Positions 1 through 5,937 of a DNA stretch of 35,092 nucleotides are shown piece after piece. The first letter of the stretch is position 1, and each line of letters starts with the position of its first letter. Origin of the DNA: a bacterium (GTDB lineage Bacteria; Patescibacteriota; Saccharimonadia; CAILAD01; JAUYJX01); contig JAUYJX010000010.1 in assembly GCA_030699245.1 (NCBI GenBank), positions 1 through 35,092 on the forward strand. The letters run 5' to 3'. The notes under the pieces are model-generated. The model made no database searches. It saw only the letters and a program-made list of their open reading frames with translations, and was not told the origin of the DNA. The position numbers were made by a program, and so were the translations under genes.

Positions 1-86
1 ACAGATAAATTGGGAATACGAGCTAGCCGGGCCGCGCCCGGCAACACAACGCCGATTCTGGTTTGGGAACCAATCTTGTTTGTCAT
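1..86 (-). CDS. rpoB: DNA-directed RNA polymerase beta subunit, N-terminal fragment running off the window
   Basis: ATG at 86..84 preceded by GGAGGT (plus 91..96). Lies directly downstream of rplJ-rplL as in the conserved rplJL-rpoBC order. Only ~28 codons are visible (MTNKIGSQTRIGVVLPGAARLARIPNLS), so identity rests mainly on synteny. Confidence 0.55.
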   Translation of the reverse strand, partial: MTNKIGSQTRIGVVLPGAARLARIPNLS

Positions 87-168
87 AGATACCTCCTACA
101 TTTAATTGTAGAAGTGGCGCTTATCTATGTGAACCTAGACAAACTGCAAATCAAAACTTTTTTGATTC

Positions 169-699
169 TTATTGCAGCTCTATAGTAGCGCCGGCAGCCT
201 CCAGAGCTTTCTTGGCCTGCTCAGCTTCTTCTTTTGGCACATTTTCTTTAACAGTCTTTGGGGCACCATCAACTAAGGCTTTGCTTTCAGCAAGGCCTAG
301 TCCTGAAATCTCGCGAACAGCTTTAATTACTTCGATCTTCTTATCGCCAGGTTCACTTAAGGTAATTGTATAAGCGCTCTTTTCTTCAGCAGCCTCACCT
401 TCTTCACCGCCAGCTATCGCAGCTACTCCTACTGCCGCCGGAGCAGCTGCTGATACTCCGAAGTGGTCCTCTAAGACCTTAACTAGCTCTGAGAGTTCCA
501 GTACAGAAAGCTTTTCAATCTGTTCAACCAAATCTTTGAACTTGCCGCTTATCTTGGGTTTTTCTTCCTTTTTTTCTTTTTTTGCTTCAGTTTCTGGCTT
601 TGGCTCTTCTTTCTTCTCTTCCTTGGTAACCGAAGTTTCCTTGATCTTAGCCTGCTCTTCATTTTCCTGTTTAATCTCTTCTATTTTTTCTTCTGCCAT
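169..699 (-). CDS. rplL: 50S ribosomal protein L7/L12 with ~50-aa Lys/Glu-rich N-terminal extension
   Basis: Residues ~52-176 ([36 protein letters not shown]...[56 protein letters not shown]) are canonical L7/L12. ATG 699 is preceded by AAGGAG. TAA stop. Confidence 0.9.
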   Translation of the reverse strand: MAEEKIEEIKQENEEQAKIKETSVTKEEKKEEPKPETEAKKEKKEEKPKISGKFKDLVEQIEKLSVLELSELVKVLEDHFGVSAAAPAAVGVAAIAGGEEGEAAEEKSAYTITLSEPGDKKIEVIKAVREISGLGLAESKALVDGAPKTVKENVPKEEAEQAKKALEAAGATIELQ

Positions 700-715
700 T
701 TTTACTCCTTTTTAG

Positions 716-1240
716 TTAGCTTTTTTGTCCTTTAATTGCATTTAATGCATAAACCAGATTTCGTAAATTACCGCCCAGTACATTGACAAAGCCAGAAAGC
801 GGTGCGGCAATAGTGCCGGTAACTTTGGCTAGCAGCTCTTCATGTGAAGGCAGACTTGCCAATTCTCTGATTCCGTTAGCGCTGAGTATTTTTGCTTCAT
901 TAGTAATTGCACTAATAATTTCCAATGACCCGTGTTCTTTGGCATAGGTTGCTATGATCTTAGCAGCAGTTATTTCGTCATCACCAAAAGCAATTGCCAT
1001 TGGTCCGTCAAATATCTTGCTGTCAATACCGCTCAAATCCGTTTTTTTGATGGCTAATTTAATCAAAGTGTTTTTTACAACCTTATAGCTTATACCTGCT
1101 TCGCGTAATCTAGTGCGCAGCTCATTCATTTCTTCAGCGCTTAGCCCCCGGTAATCAGTCAAAACAGAAAGTTTCGCATTTTTAAATTCAGAGGCGATCT
1201 GGGAAACAATTTCTTCTTTTTTACTCTTTGATATAGCCAT
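716..1240 (-). CDS. rplJ: 50S ribosomal protein L10
   Basis: MAISKSKKEEIVSQIASEFKNAKLSVLTDYRGLSAEEMNELRTRLREAG is a typical L10 N-terminus. ATG at 1240 preferred over the TTG at 1279 that opens the tracked ORF. Upstream of rplL. Confidence 0.85.
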   Translation of the reverse strand: MAISKSKKEEIVSQIASEFKNAKLSVLTDYRGLSAEEMNELRTRLREAGISYKVVKNTLIKLAIKKTDLSGIDSKIFDGPMAIAFGDDEITAAKIIATYAKEHGSLEIISAITNEAKILSANGIRELASLPSHEELLAKVTGTIAAPLSGFVNVLGGNLRNLVYALNAIKGQKS

Positions 1241-1357
1241 AAATAAAAAATCTTTGGGTTTACTTAACACCAAAGACAAATAAAAACTTTATACCTCGGC
1301 AGCTTTTTTAATTCCTTCGACAAGCTCAGGATCGCTGCTGTCTTTGGCAACTAAAAA

Positions 1358-1386
1358 ATAATAGCAAATTCTTACTTAAGTGTCAA
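1358..1386 (-). promoter_or_regulatory. sigma70-type promoter for rplJ-rplL
   Basis: TTGACA (plus 1381..1386), 17 nt, TATTAT (1358..1363) on the minus strand. About 110-nt leader before rplJ, a possible L10 leader whose structure was not verified. Confidence 0.5.
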
Positions 1387-1387
1387 T

Positions 1388-1421
1388 AAAAGGAAAAACC
1401 CCGGGGCAATAAGCCCCGGGG
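1388..1421 (-). terminator. rho-independent terminator closing the tmk-thyX unit
   Basis: Minus-strand RNA: CCCCGGGG-cuuauug-CCCCGGGG (8-bp all-GC stem, 1399..1421) followed by UUUUUCCUUUU. Lies 22 nt after the thyX-like stop. Confidence 0.65.
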
Positions 1422-1442
1422 CCATTCTGAAATGAACACAGG

Positions 1443-3146
1443 TTAATCCATTCCAGAACTATTAGTTTTAGCAGCACGGGCTGCTCGTTTTATGGAAAGT
1501 CGGGTTTCAGCGGCTTCCCGCTCAAGGTTGTATTCCTGATAATCGACATAGCTCATACATTCGCCGATCACCGGGTCCACCTCGCACACTAGTTGATGCA
1601 TTTGCTGGCCAATTCGCCGATAGCTGGGATGACCCTGCTGACTGGTCCTCAACTCCAGCATGAACATCAGTGCACGGGCATTGATTTCCATACTGACTCG
1701 CATTCGGTAAGCCAGGCAAACCGCATATTGCGCAGCCTCGGGGTGGTCTGACTCAAGTAGTTCATACAGGCTTCGAGATTTCTCCATGGCCTGCTGATAG
1801 AGCTCGAGCTGCTCCATGTCCTCGATGAACGGTGAAACCGTCCAACCAAAGTATGGTGTAACCTTACCCCAATCGATCGTCAACATACGATGCCGTTTCC
1901 AGTCTCGCATGATCCCGAAATCAATCAGCAAATTGAAGCTGTAACGGGCATGTTCGAACGCTCGGCCTGGCTTCCAACGTCGGTTTCCTTCTGAACTTCC
2001 GAGGCTACCACGCTTCCCGCAATAAGTGTGGATTAGCTCAGCACGTTCTTCGGGACTCATGGCTCGCGCTAGTTCGTCGCAATCGATCTGCATGCGTCCG
2101 AGAGTGTCAAACTCATACAGAATAGCGCCCGCAACTCGAACTTCGTTGTTTGGATCGGCATAAGCGAGATCTACAACATTTTCTGCCGGCAAGGTAATAC
2201 TGGTTCCCGACAGCAACGGGTTCTCCTCTTCGATTTGCCTTACCAGCTGACGGGCCTGTTCACGTGTATCGCGAAAGTACTGGACCCATGGCACTCCTTT
2301 TACCGGATCATCGATCTGATTGAAGAATGCTGGTGCTGCATCAGGGTGACGCAATTCCTGCAGAGCCATTTGCCCGATTGTACGTGCTTCCGCAAGTTCC
2401 GAACTCAACAGGCGGCGCAGCATGTTAGCTGCTGCTTGTGCGCTACCAAAGAAACCAACATTACTGACAATTCCGGCTGGCAACATTGTGCGGATGGTAT
2501 CGAAGGCCTTAGCTCGAATGGTTGTCCGATAAGCCCGATCATCACCGTCGAAATTCTCACGAGGGTTGAGTATCTCGAAACGTGCAACGGCGCGCTCGAA
2601 CATCTGCTGGTACGAACCAAAGAGCTCATCCATAGTTCGAACGTACTCATCTGCATTCGGACCATCCAGGATTTCGGGGTCGCGGCGATAGCGAAAACGA
2701 CCATCCGCCAACGGTACAGAATAATCAATATAACGTGTTGACTGTTCCAGATAGGCCGCCAATCGTCCCCACTCTATCTCGTTGATCACGATATTGCTAG
2801 ATTGTTCGAACACCAGATGCACGCCGCCGAGTTGAGTAACTGATTCATCATCAAACTCGTCGAACACCCTATGATAAAGCTGTTCAGCTCGCTTGGTTGA
2901 GACTCTGCTGGCTTCTGATTTATCTCCGCTGAGTCCCTCGTAGAACTCATCCAGAAAAAGCCGACGTGTACTCTTGGTGGTACGTGAGTAACGTGCGAAA
3001 AGTGCTCCGCTCACCACCTGTGGTAGATTGATGATACAGAATACTGGACAATCCAAATTGGTGAAATAGCGGTTCAGAATGGCAGTTTCGTCCTCCGTCC
3101 ACTCCTCCACCACGTAGGTTGACCATTCATTTCCTTGAGTTGTCAT
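1443..3146 (-). CDS. thyX: FAD-dependent thymidylate synthase ThyX-like protein, long (about double-length) form
   Basis: ThyX-type signature pieces: ARYSRTTKSTRR and EQSTRYIDY in the N-terminal half, WKRHRM in the C-terminal half, LELRTSQQGHPSYRRIGQQM near the C-terminus. Its ATG overlaps the tmk TGA stop (ATGA at 3143..3146). About 50 % G+C by hand count. Confidence 0.6.
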   Translation of the reverse strand: MTTQGNEWSTYVVEEWTEDETAILNRYFTNLDCPVFCIINLPQVVSGALFARYSRTTKSTRRLFLDEFYEGLSGDKSEASRVSTKRAEQLYHRVFDEFDDESVTQLGGVHLVFEQSSNIVINEIEWGRLAAYLEQSTRYIDYSVPLADGRFRYRRDPEILDGPNADEYVRTMDELFGSYQQMFERAVARFEILNPRENFDGDDRAYRTTIRAKAFDTIRTMLPAGIVSNVGFFGSAQAAANMLRRLLSSELAEARTIGQMALQELRHPDAAPAFFNQIDDPVKGVPWVQYFRDTREQARQLVRQIEEENPLLSGTSITLPAENVVDLAYADPNNEVRVAGAILYEFDTLGRMQIDCDELARAMSPEERAELIHTYCGKRGSLGSSEGNRRWKPGRAFEHARYSFNLLIDFGIMRDWKRHRMLTIDWGKVTPYFGWTVSPFIEDMEQLELYQQAMEKSRSLYELLESDHPEAAQYAVCLAYRMRVSMEINARALMFMLELRTSQQGHPSYRRIGQQMHQLVCEVDPVIGECMSYVDYQEYNLEREAAETRLSIKRAARAAKTNSSGMD

Positions 3147-3799
3147 TTCCCTACCTCCTCTATCATAGGCTCAATGTGAGCCCACACGGACCGTTCAACT
3201 TCTTCTATAGAAAGTGAGCCATCCAAAAGCATGACCTCATCAAGCTCTTCTGCCCACTTTCGATATGACTTGTTAACCAAGCGTCGTTCCTGTTCGCCAA
3301 TCGACTCAAATCGATCACTCTGCCCACCACGTTGTGCCAGTCTTTGTTGGGATTGCTCATAGCTAATGTCCAGAACGAGGGTGATATCAGCTATGGCAAC
3401 TTGGCTGGCTAACTGGCAAGCTCCAAGAAACTGAGTGATCTTGTCAGGCTTATCGGGTTCGAGCAAACCACGCATTTCGCCCTGATACACATAGGTACTT
3501 AAAGAACTACGGTCAGAAAGCACCCAGCTTCCCTGCTCCAGGAGCGGTTTCACCACCAATTCCAGAACCTGTGCCCGAGCCATCAGAAAACCAAATAGCT
3601 CACCGAGTGGAGTAATGGCGGATTCACTAAACTTCAGGATTTCCCTGAGCTGTTCAGCAATTGGATCGCCACCAGGTTCTCGCACGATTTCACACGTGAT
3701 TCCTTCTCGAACAAGTCGTTTTAACAAACGCTTGACTTGCTCGCCCTTACCAGCTCCTTCATCACCTTCGAGGACAATATAGCGTCCACGATTAGACAT
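3143..3799 (-). CDS. tmk: dTMP (thymidylate) kinase with atypical Walker A (GAGKGE)
   Basis: YIVLEGDEGAGKGEQ P-loop, LSDRSSLSTYVYQG (DRxxxS..YQ motif) and a lid-like AQRGGQSDRFES. ATG 3799 is preceded by AAAGGTGA. The tracked ORF starts at a GTG 9 nt upstream (3808). Confidence 0.8.
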   Translation of the reverse strand: MSNRGRYIVLEGDEGAGKGEQVKRLLKRLVREGITCEIVREPGGDPIAEQLREILKFSESAITPLGELFGFLMARAQVLELVVKPLLEQGSWVLSDRSSLSTYVYQGEMRGLLEPDKPDKITQFLGACQLASQVAIADITLVLDISYEQSQQRLAQRGGQSDRFESIGEQERRLVNKSYRKWAEELDEVMLLDGSLSIEEVERSVWAHIEPMIEEVGK

Positions 3800-3843
3800 A
3801 ACATTCACCTTTCAAGGTAAACTTGCCGCCTCTAGTCTCAAAA

Positions 3844-3852
3844 ATTATAGCA
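3844..3852 (-). promoter_or_regulatory. extended -10 promoter element (TGCTATAAT) upstream of tmk
   Basis: Minus-strand TGCTATAAT about 45 nt upstream of ATG 3799. No clear -35. Confidence 0.4.
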
Positions 3853-3894
3853 TATAAAAAACTAGATTACTTTTTATATTATGTGGTTTATAAA

Positions 3895-4578
3895 TTAACC
3901 CCTTTTGCGTTCGTAGAGTTTTGGGAGCATCTGTTCTGGTACCCAATTTTTAGTCAGTTGGCGTAGCTCAGTTCCTTTTTGATAACGACCCTCTAAACCA
4001 TAGTGACGATCACTTTGTCCGGCATGGAAAAAAATAATCTGTCCAACACATTCTCCTACTGGTATGGGTACATGGATTTTGTTCTTATTACGAACTTCCA
4101 TCGTCCAACGATTAAAATAGCCGATATCTCCCCAACCGGCATCATCGCAGGTTGAAATATTAACTCTACCTATTGAAGAACGAGCGTGCATCATGGTTGT
4201 AGCATGATGCACCGCTCCAATAAATTCTTGGGTGTGGCTTAAAATACATTCACCTGGTTTTAACACAATAATTTTCTGTTTTGCGGGAATATTTTTCCAA
4301 AGTTTGCCACCTCGGTGTTCTTCACACCATTCTTTATTGGTCACAGCGCGTAATGGTCCTTTATAGTACCGCTCGACATCTTTCTTATCATAGGGATTAA
4401 AATCTGTTTGAAAGTCATCAGCCTGACAAACATAAAACTGCTCACCAAGTGTCACATCATAGCTACTGGTATTTAATTGACTATCATGGAATGGTGAAAT
4501 AATAATCTGCCCATTCTTGAGAGCTTCTCGTATCTCGTGATCTGAAAATACTCCTGTTTTCATCTGTTGGTGTATCAT
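3895..4578 (-). CDS. dcd: dCTP deaminase / dUTPase-superfamily protein
   Basis: N-terminus FSDHEIREALKNGQIIISPF..SSYDVTLG and core ARSSIGRVNISTCDDAGWGDIGYFNRWTMEVRN...GECVGQIIFF match the dCTP deaminase fold pattern. Carries a ~50-aa insertion relative to typical ~190-aa enzymes. Confidence 0.75.
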   Translation of the reverse strand: MIHQQMKTGVFSDHEIREALKNGQIIISPFHDSQLNTSSYDVTLGEQFYVCQADDFQTDFNPYDKKDVERYYKGPLRAVTNKEWCEEHRGGKLWKNIPAKQKIIVLKPGECILSHTQEFIGAVHHATTMMHARSSIGRVNISTCDDAGWGDIGYFNRWTMEVRNKNKIHVPIPVGECVGQIIFFHAGQSDRHYGLEGRYQKGTELRQLTKNWVPEQMLPKLYERKRG

Positions 4579-4584
4579 CTTTTA

Positions 4585-4593
4585 ATACTAACA
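4585..4593 (-). promoter_or_regulatory. extended -10-like element (TGTTAGTAT) 6 nt upstream of the dcd ATG (leaderless layout)
   Basis: Minus-strand TGTTAGTAT-TAAAAG-ATG. No SD. Confidence 0.35.
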
Positions 4594-4648
4594 AACCTTA
4601 ATTGAATTACCAAATACGCTTTTTATAACAGTATAGCTGGCCACCCTC

Positions 4649-5110
4649 TTAAATTGAAGGGTGGCCAGCCAAATTGACCGATTTTGCTGCGTTTAGTGAG
4701 GCAAGAATAGTTAATACCTGCTTCACTGCCGGGCTTTCTGGGTCCAAACCATGCTGCTGTCGATCGCGCATCCTAAAGGCAATTGATCCTAAGGGTGCTT
4801 TCTGACCCAAGTCCACCGAATAAACATTGGCGATCACCGGGATACTTCGTTCAGCCATATAGGCTTCCCATTCCTCGATAAATTGCGGGTGTTTACGTGT
4901 AGCGTCCTCTGGAAGTGGGCGGCGATTAACAAGAATTGAATAGTCGGCATCTGCCACCATCAGATCCATATTGGGATTACTAAGTTTGCCGGGAAGATCG
5001 CCTATTACTAATTCACTTGGATCGCTTGCAAATTCATCAACACGACGCTCTATTGTTTGTAACCATGCATGTCTTTTCTTCTTCCTCTTATCCCATGGTT
5101 TATGGCCCAA
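4649..5110 (-). CDS. hypothetical protein; tracked ORF opens at TTG 5110, and the frame continues upstream to an SD+ATG at 5254 across one in-frame TGA (5180..5182)
   Basis: 153-aa ORF with no recognisable motifs. No SD before TTG 5110. AGGAGG-N6-ATG at 5254 lies in the same frame, and an extended -10 sits upstream. See findings. Confidence 0.5.
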   Translation of the reverse strand: MGHKPWDKRKKKRHAWLQTIERRVDEFASDPSELVIGDLPGKLSNPNMDLMVADADYSILVNRRPLPEDATRKHPQFIEEWEAYMAERSIPVIANVYSVDLGQKAPLGSIAFRMRDRQQHGLDPESPAVKQVLTILASLNAAKSVNLAGHPSI

Positions 5111-5300
5111 TAGACAGGCATGAGTATCAGAGTAAACATCAATTTCGTGTAATCCGACATCCCAACCATCGGATTGCGCTCACTTATATAGCGAACACGA
5201 AAAAACACTCTTGTTAGCTCCACGAACTCCACCCACAACAATATGGGTCGACATTTACTGCCTCCTGATGGTCAAGTATCTACCTCTGTCGGTCTCAATT

Positions 5301-5309
5301 ATTATAGCA
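5301..5309 (-). promoter_or_regulatory. extended -10 promoter (TGCTATAAT) upstream of the SD+ATG at 5254
   Basis: Minus-strand TTGTAT-16 nt-TATAAT with TG extension, followed downstream by AGGAGG-N6-ATG. Confidence 0.4.
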
Positions 5310-5343
5310 CGAGCAAAAACCGATACAATGTTAGTAATTTAAC

Positions 5344-5352
5344 TGTTATAAT
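5344..5352 (+). promoter_or_regulatory. extended -10 promoter (TGTTATAAT) 6 nt upstream of ATG 5359 (leaderless layout)
   Basis: TGTTATAAT-TAAATT-ATG. No SD. Confidence 0.45.
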
Positions 5353-5358
5353 TAAATT

Positions 5359-5937
5359 ATGAGCAGTAGACCAGTTGTGCTAGTAGATATAGATGATACG
5401 TTAGCTGACACCCAGGTTAAGATGTTGGAATATGTGAATAGAAACGGCGATAAAACTTATCAATACCACAAACTGACACGCGAATTTAGAGACGGCAAGA
5501 TAGCCGATTATGAAAAGTTAGTTCAAGAATATTTGAGTCGCCCGGATCTTGTAGAGGAAATTTTGCCGTATGATAATACACTCGAAGCTATGCAGAGATT
5601 AGAAACGGGTGGCTATGAAATCCATATTGTTTCTACCCGCAAGGAGCCTTTACATAACTCAACTATCAAATGGCTAAGTCGTCACGGTTTTGATCAACAC
5701 ATAAAAAAGGTTCATCCTCGTCCTTCAGAAAAGATAGGACACAAATTCAAACAAGATACGGCTAATTTGGTAAATGCAGTAGCGGCCTTCGATGACACGC
5801 TAAGAGTAGTTATAGCAATGGCTGAAATAGTTCCTGTTGTTTATTTAATAGATAAACCTTGGAACCAAGGTAAGCTTCCTAGAAACATTGTTAGGGTTTC
5901 AAGTTTTGTTGAAGCTGTTGACTTATTTTTAGTTTAG
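5359..5937 (+). CDS. HAD-superfamily phosphatase, 5'(3')-deoxyribonucleotidase-like
   Basis: HAD motif I VVLVDIDDTLAD (DxDxT), motif II HIVSTRK, motif IV AAFDDT. Size (192 aa) and layout resemble NT5C-type nucleotidases. Its stop overlaps the rplA stop by 3-4 nt (convergent). Confidence 0.6.
   Translation: MSSRPVVLVDIDDTLADTQVKMLEYVNRNGDKTYQYHKLTREFRDGKIADYEKLVQEYLSRPDLVEEILPYDNTLEAMQRLETGGYEIHIVSTRKEPLHNSTIKWLSRHGFDQHIKKVHPRPSEKIGHKFKQDTANLVNAVAAFDDTLRVVIAMAEIVPVVYLIDKPWNQGKLPRNIVRVSSFVEAVDLFLV

Noticed and set aside
1522-2741. Tracked ORFs inside or antisense to the ThyX-like gene (1522..1719, 1667..1849, 2235..2741 plus strand, 2405..2728)
   Set aside because: They lie entirely within a longer ORF that has recognisable motifs. 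They have no SD or sensible starts. They are what a ~50 % GC region produces by chance in alternative frames.
5017-5241. Tracked ORFs 5017..5217 (+) and 5050..5241 (-) near the in-frame TGA
   Set aside because: Hand translation shows that the SD+ATG at 5254 is in the same frame as the 153-aa ORF, not the 63-aa one. These two are off-frame by-products of the same region.
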